From the NCBI GenBank assembly GCA_002633005.1, contig NMRA01000882.1, positions 28,579 to 92,578 of the forward strand: a stretch of 64,000 nucleotides of DNA, in the 5' to 3' direction. Made by a program: the position numbers and the translations under genes. The notes beneath the pieces were generated by a model that saw nothing but the letters and a program-made list of their open reading frames with translations, ran no database searches and was not told the DNA's origin. Source of the stretch: Phoronis australis (Eukaryota; Animalia; Phoronida). Positions 50,824-64,000 of this stretch are shown here, piece after piece. Position 1 is the first letter of the stretch. Every line of letters begins with the position of its first letter.

Positions 50824-51159
50824 CTGTAAAAGTTTAATCCGAATCAAAGTTAAACCTTTGCGAATGTAAAGTATACCATTTTTTAGTTTCCGGATGAAAA
50901 TATCAATAAGTCTACCATTTTGTATATTGCCTATATTTACTTGGTGATCTTCAAGTTTGCCAAACTTTGTCTTCTCGATTCCGTTCAAAGTTATAACGTG
51001 TACAGGATTAGGAAAATAGGGAATATGGCCCGTCCGTGTACTATGTAATTCTATGAAATTTTTGAAAGATAAACTGCTGACGTTTGACCAGTAGATGTCG
51101 CCATGTATTCACGAACATTCAACTAAATTACCCACGGCAGCATACCGTCATTGAGGCCT

Positions 51160-51690
51160 CTTTACTGGCCTCTAGGCTCAGCAACTCATGATATATTGGA
51201 TACACTAACTCCTGCATTGGCCGCCAGGATCGCACATACAAGGCCCCCTCTTTATGATGAACTCGCGATACAAGGAATACATTTCAAATCCTGATCTCTA
51301 CTTACCACTAGCTAAGGGTCTATTATCAGAGATTTCCCCACTATCTTATGTTATATTGGATACACTGGTTCCTTTATTGGCCGCTAGGCTCGCACACGAA
51401 AGACTTCCTCATTATGAGTAATCCACTGCATAATATTAAATATTCTGATCTCTTTACATATCACCAGGGCAGACAACCAGTGATTGCACCAAAACTCGTG
51501 TTTTATCGGATACAGTGTTTCCGGAATGGCCCGTAGGCTCGTACATGCAAGACCTTCTCTTTTTGATAAACTCGAAATAAACCAGAAACAGTCCACATTC
51601 TGCTCTCGTACGTTTCCACTAGATTACCATATTCTACCAAGTAACTTGCGATATACCAGAATCATTCCATGATTTGATCTTTTAATTTGC
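51160..51690 (+). repeat. Degenerate ~150-160-bp tandem repeat, ~3 copies, apparently once protein-coding
   Basis: AT(T/C)GGATACA..GGCC..AGG(A/C)TCG at ~51195, 51355 and 51505; translates as ILDTL.P.LAARLAH.RP.LYDEL. Confidence 0.6.
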
Positions 51691-52144
51691 CGCTAGCGTC
51701 GCTAATGCTATAACTAAAGTTTTTCGCAATTCCGGAGTTTTTTAACTGAATTGCAGAAGTGAGTCTTTAGTAAGTCCATGATAAGGTATGATTATAGTAG
51801 AACCAAAAATACATAATCTAATACTCGTCATTTCTCATACCTGACTGTATCGGACAGGTTCATAAATATTATTTGTTACCAAATTGCGAAAAAATGACAC
51901 GGTGTAACAGTAACATTAAAATGGAAATGAACCAGAGAGGTTATATGAATGACTTATTAAACCAGCAAGAGAATAAATTCAATGATTCAAAAGATTTCTA
52001 CCCTATCACAACATGCATGTAGATTACGGGTCCCTTACAGTTGTGAAGAATTTGGTCACTCATTCATCCAAAGATATACATCTTCATATATTATTTTGGT
52101 TTTTCGTGCCGTTTGATACAGTTCTTCAGTAAAAAGTCAGGATG

Positions 52145-52803
52145 NNNNNNNNNNNNNNNNNNNNNNNNNNNNNNNNNNNNNNNNNNNNNNNNNNNNNNNN
52201 NNNNNNNNNNNNNNNNNNNNNNNNNNNNNNNNNNNNNNNNNNNNNNNNNNNNNNNNNNNNNNNNNNNNNNNNNNNNNNNNNNNNNNNNNNNNNNNNNNNN
52301 NNNNNNNNNNNNNNNNNNNNNNNNNNNNNNNNNNNNNNNNNNNNNNNNNNNNNNNNNNNNNNNNNNNNNNNNNNNNNNNNNNNNNNNNNNNNNNNNNNNN
52401 NNNNNNNNNNNNNNNNNNNNNNNNNNNNNNNNNNNNNNNNNNNNNNNNNNNNNNNNNNNNNNNNNNNNNNNNNNNNNNNNNNNNNNNNNNNNNNNNNNNN
52501 NNNNNNNNNNNNNNNNNNNNNNNNNNNNNNNNNNNNNNNNNNNNNNNNNNNNNNNNNNNNNNNNNNNNNNNNNNNNNNNNNNNNNNNNNNNNNNNNNNNN
52601 NNNNNNNNNNNNNNNNNNNNNNNNNNNNNNNNNNNNNNNNNNNNNNNNNNNNNNNNNNNNNNNNNNNNNNNNNNNNNNNNNNNNNNNNNNNNNNNNNNNN
52701 NNNNNNNNNNNNNNNNNNNNNNNNNNNNNNNNNNNNNNNNNNNNNNNNNNNNNNNNNNNNNNNNNNNNNNNNNNNNNNNNNNNNNNNNNNNNNNNNNNNN
52801 NNN
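52145..52803. other. Assembly gap (N run)
   Basis: Run of N bases. Confidence 1.
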
Positions 52804-54132
52804 CGTGAAGCATGAGGAAATATTGAGTTCGGATGGGGGGGGGCTCAGACGCGGACAAGCGGTTCCCTTTTTTTCGTAGTCCACGGATAGACTTTCTGAA
52901 CAGAAGGTCCACATCCCTCGGACCCCGCAACTCGGGGCCGCCCTCTGTACATATAATCGGTCTTTGCCCAATTCCCCGAGGATGTTAGGCCACCTCCTTA
53001 TGGTATCCTAGAACCGCCATTGTCCTTACATAGCGGGTTTATACTGCCATATCCTTAGTGCTGCGGTGCTAAATTTGGACTGAGTCCAAGTTACCGGTTG
53101 TATAAAAAATCCCTAACAGGGACTAAACTGAGTTCCTCAATTCTTTTACGTATTTGTTCATAACTCACATGAGAAATATTTTTCTATCATCTTGATTATG
53201 AGCTATTCTTTGGCGAACAATTTCTAATAACATAACTAAAAACTCACCCCTTGATTCAATCAAACTAAGTAGGGACTTTTTACATGAATTACAAAAAAGA
53301 TCCTAACCTTTTTACAATAATACTGAGAATCTGACTATTGTCCACACTCTATTTGTATCGAAACTAAAATTGGGTTAGTGTCTGATATTCAAACAGCTCT
53401 TAAAAGAAAGATTAGTACTCAGTGTTTTCACAAACCCACACATTTGCAGTAGACTTAGGGAACTTTTAGGGGTGTTTCGTGCAACCGCGCGCTGGGTATC
53501 AAAGCCGACGACGCTCACTTGCATGTACAACAGAATTTGAATTGGTGAATAATCTTAAAATACCATGCAACAACGTGCTTGTTTTTTTTGCACCAATACA
53601 CAAGTAAATGTTGACGCGTTAAAATGCAAAATCTATTACCTTTGTTACTTGTTATTGTCAATTTTTTGGTCTCCGAACTCATTCTCAATAGTGTACGAAT
53701 GCTGATAATAAAAAATATCTGCAAATTACAATATGAATAAGCACAAACTATTTACTTTACAGCCTAACGTCATTTGTGTGAAAGAAAATGGATAACTTGG
53801 TGTAACATATATCCGACAATAAAATATTCCTAGAATCACGTTTCTCAAATCCACACTCAATACTACAGCCACAGAATGTGCGTACATGTATGTGTATTAG
53901 TTTTGATATATACAAAATGAACTAGTTTCTAAAATATTTTGGAATTAGAACACATTTGACACTCAGTTTCGCTCATGGCTGTATTCTCCTGCAAATCAAC
54001 TCAACTCACGACTTCAAGCTTATCACAGGGTAGAAGAAACAAATAGACCACAAGGCCCACACTGTCAACATACTATGTAGCTACATGTATGTGAACCCAC
54101 TTTGCCATCTGTCTCCACTTTTCCTATCTTAA

Positions 54133-55090
54133 ACAGTACACACCATGGATTTTTGCACATTTTGAATTACCGGTGGCCACAGACTAAATATATGGGTAAA
54201 TTTTAGCTAAACCCATGTTTATTTTGTGTAATTAGCTCGAAATTTTTATTTTTCTTTCAATTTTGCCAATTTTCACATTTGCCGCCATGTGACGTCATGG
54301 GTTGAACACAAGAGATCAGTGACTAGCATTCGACAATGACGGAGAGCAGGGAATTTGAAAGCAACGACGATTATGAGCAAGAATTGAACGAATACTATGA
54401 AGAAACGTACGGGAATAGTAGCCAGGATGAGGAAATGGGGTTGCACGAAAGCGAGAACAAGTTTAATGTGCTTCCGGCTGCGTACTTTTCTATTTTGAGT
54501 CTTACGAACTGGATCCTCTCACGAGAGAAGCAGCCTCGGGCTCAGAGAGTCAACTCAGTCATCAGAGATGATCCTGAATTAAGAGCTGATGTTTCTGAAC
54601 GATAAATATTGTCCTTTATTGAACCAGGCCTTCATCGTAACGTTTCCTGTGACTGGAGTCGAAACACGAGTCCTCAAAGTGGGCAAAACACAGAGTGGCC
54701 CCGGACCGAATCGCTTGGTCCACGATGACGTCCCCCACTCTCCTTCAGCGCACGAAGCGATGCCACTTCTGCGCAACTTCGGTGTCCTTCGGGACACCGA
54801 GTCGTTCTCCGCCTGGCTGCTGTTGCTGCAGCCCCGGAAATACATCTTTTGATCCCTCTACGAACCTTCTCGACGCTAATTGTACTTTGCTTTCACTTCA
54901 CTCTATACACTTTGTTTCTGATCCGAACAGTATGGCGAACGACTTGGGTTCAACCCATGACGTTGCACATAATTATTATTTTTTCAATTTTTGCGTGTTT
55001 CTTTATGAGTTGTGCACTAAAGGCACTGAAATCAAGTAAGGTATAATAATAACATTTATTTTGAGGTACTATAATCATGTTGTGTACACT
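54133..55090. mobile_element. Internally deleted Kolobok-like element with two convergent ORF starts
   Basis: TTAA|ACAGTACACACCATG ... CATGTTGTGTACACT|TTAA; inner inverted repeat ACGTCATGGGTTGAAC.CAAG at ~54292 and ~54962; acidic ORF from 54336 (+) and THAP (-). Confidence 0.7.
54600..54850 (-). pseudogene. THAP domain relic
   Basis: GCSNSS.. / PKDTEVAQKWHRFVR*RRVGDVIVDQAIRSGATLCFAHFEDSCFD. Confidence 0.8.
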
Positions 55091-57589
55091 TTAAAAAGCG
55101 GGACGTGGAAAAAATAAAAAGGGCGTGCTGCGTCAATGTCAACGTACACGATAACCTAAAACGTTTTCTAGAGGTTTTAATATTCTTATTGGTAATGGGA
55201 AAACAGTCTTACATGTTAACAGTGGCCAGCTGTAATGAAGGTATTCAAGGACAAACAAAATGCGGTAGACTAAAAATTAGAAAGTCACTACAATGAGATA
55301 ATGAAAATTTTCCCACTTTTTCCTTTTCTTCATCACTCAGGTAACGGAGTCCGCCAAATTCCTCATTTGCTGACATCTTGCATCAAAGTAGCTATCGTTC
55401 CGTGCCTGGTTTAGCGACGCGGTTGTTTTTTCCGAGTTTCGATTTGTCGTTGTAAAAACGCATTGACGTCATACTGTATGTGTCACCATTAGAGAGTTGT
55501 GTTTGACTAGCAATGAACCGCGCAAGCAAGTCTATACCTGATATGTACAGGGATCGAGGAAAGCGTAGTTGGTCTGCCGTATTGTTTGTAAACGAGGATC
55601 AAATTAAGTTCCCAGTTCACCCTGGCCTACATAAAGGTATCATTTGTGGAGGGCTAGGACAAATATCAGATTGTCCACTATGACCACCATGGATACAATC
55701 CCCCTCTGTTGTCACTAATCCTCACGTTGGCTGTCGTCATTTTGCATCCCTCTACTCATCACACTTCTTTAATACATGGCCACTATGAGTTATGTGCTGA
55801 CATTAACAGCCACCATGGAACCCAGGGGCTACGTTTTGCCTAGTTAGTGACCTGATGGTTTATGTAGTTACAATATAATTTCCCCTATCCACTTATTCAG
55901 TTTCTTCGCCTTTTGCTTGTCTCGCGTGTTCAAGGTTATAAGTTATCATTTTTAGTTTTTTTCAAGATCTTCTTCGATTGCGTCCACTTTGCAACTTGTT
56001 TTCATTTCCAGGCTTCGTTCCTTTGCGTTTGGTAGTCCGAACAAATAAGAGAGGGTTGCTTTTTCGGAAGAACTTTTCACGTCCACGGCGAAAGCAAAAG
56101 TGCAGATAACTCCACTATTTTGCTTAAACGCACATTTCAGGCCACGTGACATGGCATGTTTGTATTAGCCGATTTAGCCTATAGATTCCAAGTATTGAAA
56201 ATTTATTATGAATTCATTTCCTTCATTCTGCCGTCCTTTAGATTTACAAAGTTGCTTTTGGTTTTTAACATCTTTTTTCCTATTCGGAGTGTTTATTTCG
56301 TCAAGAGTCATGAGTTTTTGCACATAAGTTCCATGAGAAGTATAACCGTAAGAATCCGACGTCAGATGTTTTAAGTTGCGTTTGAAAAGCGAGGAACTGT
56401 CTTTGGTATCACGAACCTGGAACGGTATTTGAAAGGGGACTTTACAAATATATACAGTTGTAAAGAGACAATACCAGTCAACCGCGTGGATAAAACATGT
56501 GCGCACCCGGGGGGGGGGGGGGGGGTTGCATGACCTCCCTCCGTTTGGCACAGCGGGCAAAAAGGTCCATCCCAGAAAGACAAAAAATACGAAAAAAAGG
56601 AGAAAACTAAAAAGGTAGGAGTTTGGCGAATGAACGAATCTTCTTTTTAGTAAAATGTCTGCAACCACAAAATTTTTTGCAACCCCTACATTTATGTCTG
56701 GGTGCGCGCATACAAGAGAATTAAACAAACTTGCCACACAAACTGTCACACGACCACGAGCGTGTTTTAACTACAGAGAACGATGATTCAAGTTTTAAAC
56801 CATTGACGTCGTGAACACTAAAAAACAGGCTATGCTGACTTTTTACTGTGCCAGTGGGTGAACCTTATGTACAAGATCGCCGAACTGGGGAAAACACAGA
56901 CTCATCATTCATCTAGTATATGAAAGATTTTGTAATCTAAAACTCTGTAATGTTCGATTTAAGGGTCGCTATTCTGCATACCGTGTTTGAGGGATTGTCA
57001 CTTCAATAAATTGATATACAAAAAATATATCTGATCTAGGACTAATACGATTAAAAAAATAACTCTCATCTAATATGGCCAGTCTTGTTTAATAATCAGT
57101 GTGGAAAATGATTTTAATATTGTATAAAATGCAGGAATTATATCAAATTCATTTTTGTTAACCCCAGGGCCACAAAGGCATTAATCGCAGTGAATATATG
57201 TAATAGTGATGAACTTCGAGGTAACAACGAAGCAACAAGACGGGCAATCTACTGTAGAACTGGTACATGTAGGGTTAAACAAGATATGTTTAAAATATTT
57301 TGAGAAATAATGCTGAATCGGTGTTAATGATTTTATTACATAAATGTTTATTATCATTGATAAACATGTACAAAAACACAAACGATAAACATGCGAACAC
57401 ATATTACATATTCACATGGAATGACTAGCCTTGTAAAAAGTACGCGACTGCTGCTACGTGGAATTAACATGAGCAACAATTTTCAGAAAAAATGTCACAC
57501 AAAATCTTTATAAGCAATTAATTTTTTGGCAATATTCTACTCGAGAGTATATGTAACAGACTTTTTGGCTGGAGGTTGCAAATTTTCAA

Positions 57590-58710
57590 ATGAAAATAAT
57601 GAGATTTGTGTCACTCTGACATAAATCCTATTATTTGGGCAAATACCATTAAACAGTACTTCATGCTTCACATCCAACTCCTAGCTATCTGGGTGAGGTA
57701 AATGCCCAGCCATTATAAAAACGCCTACCTTTTCTGCTACGCAAGTTAACTGTTCCACCGCAATACCAACAGTTGTGCATAATCTCTTGACCTGAGCACA
57801 TACATGTAGGAACCTGAATGTCAGTTATCTTCGGCTGAGCTACCCTAGCTCGTACACGGTGTATTAGATTCGTAATAATCCCGGGGCACTAAACTTGGGG
57901 GTAATTAAATGAGCCCTAAACCGGCTGGATTTCGCCAGGATATGCTGCGATATGAGTGAGGGTGAGTTGGGTTTTGGGGGCAGTTTGGTCCCGGGGAAGG
58001 CCCGGCCGGTGGCACCGTACCATGCGATGCTCGGGTGGGCACCACTGCAGGTCCTCCAGGTACGTTTGTGCCTGCACCGTTATGTCGTGCAATTTCCCTT
58101 GTACTTATGACATAGCAGTGTCTGGTAGGTGGTGTGGTGTTAGTAGAGGTACCTGTAATGTACAACAACCACAACTCCGCCTCTATCGTCGACCAAGTTG
58201 TGGCTGGGTTTCGAACTTTGCGGGAGCGGTACTGCTCATCGTGAGGTATCGATACTGAGCCATAAACCCACGTTCCTTGCAATATCTCTTCATCACTCCG
58301 GTTGGTCTGCTCACTCAGCTTGTACGGAACCTGCTTTGCAGCCGGGTTGTTATAGCCCAGTTGGCTGTTTGATGTACACACTTGGTACTAAATACGACAT
58401 TTGCCCATTTGGCAGTTTGTACCCAATTGGTACTTTTTATTGAATTTGCCGTTTTGCTTGACCCACTTGGTAGGTAATCGGCCATTACCCATTTGGTATT
58501 ATGTGCCCATTTGGTACTAAGCTTACCTGTGCCATTTATTATCCGATATTCAATTACAATTTGGGTATCGGAAATGTGAGTGTTATCTCTTGTTATTAAG
58601 GAACCCATCTGGTTCCTTCTGTGAAATATTTATTTGTAAGTCTGTGACCCTGAAATTCCCAATGCAACATAAAATATATGTTATTCTTGTTGTTTTATTT
58701 GTCCCCATTA
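57590..58710. repeat. Local duplication copy 1 (partner 59940-61100)
   Basis: 58255-58710 matches 60634-61100; 57595-57690 matches 59941-60295 once a MITE is removed; the interiors differ. Confidence 0.8.
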
Positions 58711-59939
58711 AAAGGTCTCATCAAGTTCAAGAATAACGTGTTTATGAGGAAAACAATTGAGAAGATGCATGTGATAATTATGAAATAGATTTTCGAATTC
58801 CTTTCAAAATTCCTCTTCAGGGCGACAACCCCAGAAAGGGTGTAACAGCGTCTGTGGAGCTTTATTATAAAACGAACAAAAATAAAATCCCGTGATTGTA
58901 CTGTGACTAAAAACTTTTTGTTGCAATCTGAATCTTGTTTATCATAACAAAGTGGAGCCATTTAATGTCGTGATTCTTTTATCCGCAATTTTTCTTCCTA
59001 TGTAAACTTTGTAAACTCTGTAGTTCCAGTTTAAACTCCGGTTTCTTCCATGCCGTTGAAGAAAGAACCAATATGTCTACACCCCTTCATTACTTTTTTA
59101 AGTGGGAAATTGCTAGGAGAAAAGAACTTACTTTAAAAAAGACTTTTTTGAAATATTCTTAGAACAGAAACAGCACCGATGCAATCTGCAAAGTCGGTTG
59201 CCACGTCGGATCCGTTTACCATACGGTCTATACTAACGAAATCACAATCAGAGGTATACATAACTCAGATGAATCTTAAGCTTTTACATACCATGGCTCA
59301 TAAAAACACTTTTGTTGCTGATTGCCAAGTTACTATTAGCCACAAAGTGTGGTTCAATTTTTTGTATTCTGAACTATTTTTTTCTTATTCAAAGCTTCCT
59401 CTCTATCTCCTTCAGCCATCTCTGTCCCTCTTTCCGCGTACATGTATTTTTAAAAGGTATAAAAGTGAAGTAAGAAACTTTGTAAAATCGTCAAGAAAAG
59501 CTTTTAAATGGGAAAGTATGAGAATTAATCGGATATCGAAAATACATGGGTATGTATTGGAAATCAGTGATCCCTTACGGGTTAACACCAAGAACTTTTC
59601 TTTATTTATTTGCTTTCATGTGAACTCCAGGTCACTAAAGTGGTTGTCTTATACCGTTTTAGAATTAAAACTTGCATTCTGAAATTGCAGTAACATTTAC
59701 TTATCGTTAGTCCTCAGTGGGCCTACGTGTACGTTGAGCGCATTAATACTGTAGGCTTCTACACAGACATCAAGAATTCCCGACAGTAATCAGCACTTGC
59801 AAGTCTATGAGAACTATAAACAGTTCATACACGCTTTTCTAATAGCTATATTGGATAAAAACAAATGACGTTCTTGGAATTATTTGGAAAAAGTAGAGAT
59901 ATTTTTATCAAGAATACGGAATATTGCTGTGTAACCCAC

Positions 59940-61100
59940 AAATAATGAGATTTATGGCACTTTGCTGGGGCTGATCCAGGATTTTGGGTTAGGGGGGACC
60001 AGGGCAAAGGAATAACCAGAATTTCGGCAGATGCCCGCGCATTGCGAACCTTTTGACTGAAAAAAAACGGTAAACGGTATTTTTTCAGGGCCTATGGACC
60101 CCGGAGTCACCCTGGTTGAGCTCATGTGCTAGTCAGCATTTCGCTTCCCGAACCGCCAAATGATACCTGTATCTGGTAGAATTTTAGGAGGGCATGGGCC
60201 TCTTGCCCCCCTAAGTCCGCCACTTCTCCGACACAGATCCTATTACATGTCACTATTCTACAGCCTTCAAGCTTCATATTCATCTCCTAGTTAGTCTCTA
60301 TCTAGTCCGATGGTTGCGCTGGTTGTTCTTTCTCCCTACCATCCGGCTGGCCCAGCCTCAAGCAACAGTATATTCACTCGTAACTTTTTCCCATTTTAAC
60401 AATTTTATACCTCTCCCACCCTGTCTACCCCGGCTTAAACAGAATCTCATCCAATTCAACAGCTTTAATATCAATCTCACCCTTCCTACCCTGTGTTACA
60501 GGCACTGCTGGTAGGCCTACCTCCTTCAAGCCCGGATTGTGTTGCCGTCAAGCAAGAAAAGACTTCATTGGTAAACGACCAGAACTGCACTATGGATTGC
60601 CTCTCTCCACCCCGCTCACTGCTCTCAGCAGGAACTGAGCCACAACACCACTTTCCTTAATATCTCTTTTTATCACTCCGGCTGGTCTGCTCACTCAGCT
60701 CGTCCGGAACCTGCTTCGCCAGGTTGTTGTAGCCCAGTTGGCTGTTTGTGTACCCACAGAGTACAATATACTTTATATGATACTTTCCCATTTGGCAGTT
60801 TGTACCCATTTGATACTTATTTTTATTGAATTTTCGGTTTTGCTCCACCGGCTTGGTAGGAAATCGGCCACTACCCATTTGGTATTATATACACGTTTGG
60901 TACTTTACTAACCTGTGCCACTTAGTGTCCGGTACTCAATTACACATTGGGTATCGTAAATGTGTGTGTTATCTCTTGTAGACTAATTAAAGTAACGATC
61001 TGGTATCTTCTGTGAAATAATTATCTGTAGAGCTGTGACCCTGAAATTCCTAATACAACCTTTAATATGTATTAGTCTTGTGTTGTTTGATTGGTCCTCA
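59940..61100. repeat. Local duplication copy 2, containing a MITE at 59965-60224
   Basis: Partner of 57590-58710; the MITE is the reverse complement of 35352-35633. Confidence 0.8.
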
Positions 61101-61695
61101 ATAATCGTCCTCAGGTTTTTCAAATCCTCAAATGTCCTATTTTCTATATGTTCTGATTGATAGAGTGATTGTTGTTTTCTCTTGACCTACTTTTTGCCAT
61201 GTCATTACTTTTCTGAAAAATTAAGTGCTTGAAAATGGGAAGTTGAAATTTAGAAGGAAACACAACTGTTTAATGTTGTTGCAGGGACAATGATAAGTGA
61301 CTCAAAAACCGAGTGCCTTATAAAGAATGTGATTCTTAGCTCCCTCTGTTGGCTGGTGCAGACATTTTTCAGGAGTCCTGAGATTAAAACCATGAGCATA
61401 ATGGCGTATGTAAAGAGCTTAAACTCAAACACAAAACAATCACGACAATAGTGATAGCAAAAGTAATACTTATAGTGAGAAATTACCATAAATGATCATA
61501 AGTCGATTTGTGCTGAAACAAAATCCAAAGCAGTCACTGTCTCATATTTCTATTTAGTCACTGTTGTGGAGATACTTAGCATGTAAAAAGGCATTGCGAC
61601 ATGATTAAACACATAGACATTTGAAAATCAAGGATAATTTCGACACACGTGTCGGATAATGCCAAAAATGGCGCATTTTTCAGAGATTGTATGTG

Positions 61696-62280
61696 TTACA
61701 ACAGTTTTGCAGGCCCAAGGACATTCAAATGACAAAACTGTTCAGGTAGGCTGTTGATAATCTCTCGGTAAGATATCCGCTTTCTGTGGTTTCTCCTCCG
61801 CGGAGTTCCCAAATGGCAGGCGTAGCGTACAGGGTTGGTGCCTAAATGCAAGTATATCACGTGAATAGCTAGTGTCAGTGACAATGTGATTCGCTTCAAC
61901 TGAATGGCGATATCTCGCAAAGATTTGTCCTTGCCTTTTCACGAGTGCATTGCATTTACACCACAGATTCCCGAGCTGACACTGCTTGCGCGACCCGTAT
62001 TCGTTGTACCGAGAAAGTGGAGGTTTCTATTTGTCCAGGTGCAGAAAGTCTAGTCTCATTGAGTTTTCACCACATGGCAACGTCTATTGGAGGGGACATC
62101 AGCCAGGGTCGTCGATGAAAGAGAAGATGAATCAGGCACTTAGGATGTAACAATCGCAACCGTCTTTACCATGTAGATAAGGTGTGAGAATGGAACGTTC
62201 GAAAGAGAAGAGCGTCCAAAAGATCTGCCGAGCAACAGTTTTACCACCAGTGACGTCAGTGAAGTTCGAAATTTATGTCC
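61696..62280 (-). pseudogene. Possible decayed rhodopsin-type GPCR
   Basis: IFWTLFSFER (TM3 ERY-like) and LKRITLSLTLAI..GTNPVRYAC..RKRISYREII (TM6/TM7 NPxxY-like) appear in the expected order, with stops and frameshifts. Confidence 0.25.
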
Positions 62281-64000
62281 CTGCAAAAAGACAAATGTGA
62301 AAACCATATGAAAACTCAAAGTTCTTCTCTGAGATACTGGCTTGAATAAACCTTTGATGCGCGTGACATAGCATGCTTTCCAGGTCGTGCGATGGTCATA
62401 ACCTTCAATATCATCGCACGCCACGGCCGCTGTCTCCATAGTCTTGTGAATATTTTTAGGGGAGTTATGCAAACATCTAAACAAATACAAAAATGACTAA
62501 CTAAGCAAGAATCAACAAGTAGATTATAACCATCCCCATCAAATAAAACTGGGATTTCGTGGGTTCACTCAATATCCAGCTGCATGTGGGACAGTGTCAA
62601 AGTTATGAAGCATGCAGTCAGGTGAACCACTTTATCTGCAGATCAACACCTCATTTCATGACTTGTATTACGAATAGCGAGCGAGGCTGTGATCATGCTG
62701 TCTTTATCATAACCTAGATCTCTGACCTTTGACAAGTACAATGCCTTAACAAGATTGCCATGGAGACGTTGTGTATGCTATAAATTAATTTAAAAATATG
62801 TTTTATATTTTTAGTATAGTTCCTTAATACAAACGATGTTCTTGGACCAGAACGAGGATATTCCGCTCTCACCGAACTGTTATGTAAAAACAAAATGATA
62901 TGTAATGTCCTAAAACTTTCAGATTGTAAACAAACAGTTTGGTCAAAGGTGAGTTTAACAATGAATATTTTGGTATTACAATGTCCTGTCGGATGAAGGC
63001 TTAAGACAAAATACACAAAGTATTAATTACAATACAGTAATTTTCACACTTGACATTTGATCACGGTTATTGCCCGATCAAATGGGCTTTAAATACATGT
63101 ATGTGTAAGAAATGTATAATGAATAATTACAATATTGAACATATCACGAAAGAGAAACACACTTTTGAAAAATACGACTTTGGCCAGAATTTGAAAAATA
63201 CATCATGGGTCTGAAAGTTTAAAATTACGAATTTTTTACGTGTTAGTTGTTTCATCAGTTCATTTTCTAATATTGTGTAATTGGTTTCGTATTTTAGTCG
63301 TGTGAATAACTTGATCGCCCGTTCTAGAACATTGATGAGCGTGGGGTTTAATATTAGTAACGGGAAGATTTTCGATAAGTCCTATGTGACGTTGAAAATT
63401 GCATTTTTCAGTAGTGCCAAATGATGGCTCTGTATGACCTTATTGGTAAGTCCGGCCAGTCCACTCAGCAAATTATCTACAGAACTATAACATATTTTAA
63501 GCAAGTAAAAGCATTCATTAATGAAAGTAAAAAAGTCTACCGAATTTGATTTTTATACATATGTGCCATTGACTGGGTCCCGTGACCATGCCTTTCATCG
63601 CAATTTAACAAACTATATACCGTACATCCATAGCAAAGCAACGACATTAAAATTCCAACAAGTTCCAGCGTTTACGGTGAAATCTGAAAAGAAAGTTGTT
63701 ACTGTTTGCTGTCTTATTATTGTTTAGTTTTCGTTGATGCAGATTTCTGTAAAATCTCAAAAAAATCATAACCCTGCGGTACATCTGGACTACTTTAGAC
63801 TGAACAACTCCGATCACCGAGTATAATGTTGGTTTCCCAACGTTGATTAGTGAGAAAGTATTTTTCAAAGTATTCCAAATTGTGGCATTTTCCTTAAGTA
63901 TGTTATGGCTCTAAAGTCTAAGAAATTTAGTGGCCCTCGACCTGCCCTCCACAGTCACTCCAATTGTCAACCTGCCACGATCGTCGCAATCCGCAACCGG

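Noticed and set aside
52091-52971. Long ORFs of 231-281 aa
   Set aside because: Artefacts of the N run.
57790-57850. tRNA or tRNA-derived SINE (TAGCTCAG on minus strand)
   Set aside because: No B box or cloverleaf.
59179-59682. 167-aa ORF
   Set aside because: No motif in either orientation; composition is typical of random AT-rich sequence.

Overview
AT-rich, intron-rich metazoan genomic DNA, probably from a marine invertebrate (inferred from repeat style and abundant TACATGTA). It has one assembly gap (52145-52803), and most of the supplied ORFs are spurious. Real coding signal appears only as small spliced exons, mostly on the minus strand. (1) An ankyrin-repeat gene is built from 99-bp phase-0 exons, one repeat per exon (16727, 16091, 15671, 5822, 5143, 4480, plus eroded copies). 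Three of them lie in a head-to-tail ~670-bp exon+intron array whose introns are ~96% identical while the exons differ almost only by amino-acid-changing substitutions at the binding-surface positions. This is the best candidate for an undescribed diversifying, DARPin-like recognition system. (2) An EAR/EPTP (TSPEAR/LGI-like) gene at ~47 kb carries a 2-bp frameshift. The rest is dominated by DNA-transposon relics: a P-superfamily element (CAAGG TIRs, 7-bp TSD, spliced THAP), Kolobok-like TTAA-flanked elements with THAP, MULE-like transposase relics in a ~4-kb block present twice, GC-rich MITEs, a 37-bp minisatellite and local duplications. Paralog comparisons show CATGTA insertions at TA sites, consistent with Tc1/mariner-type excision footprints. 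All family assignments are by eye from motifs; no searches were run.
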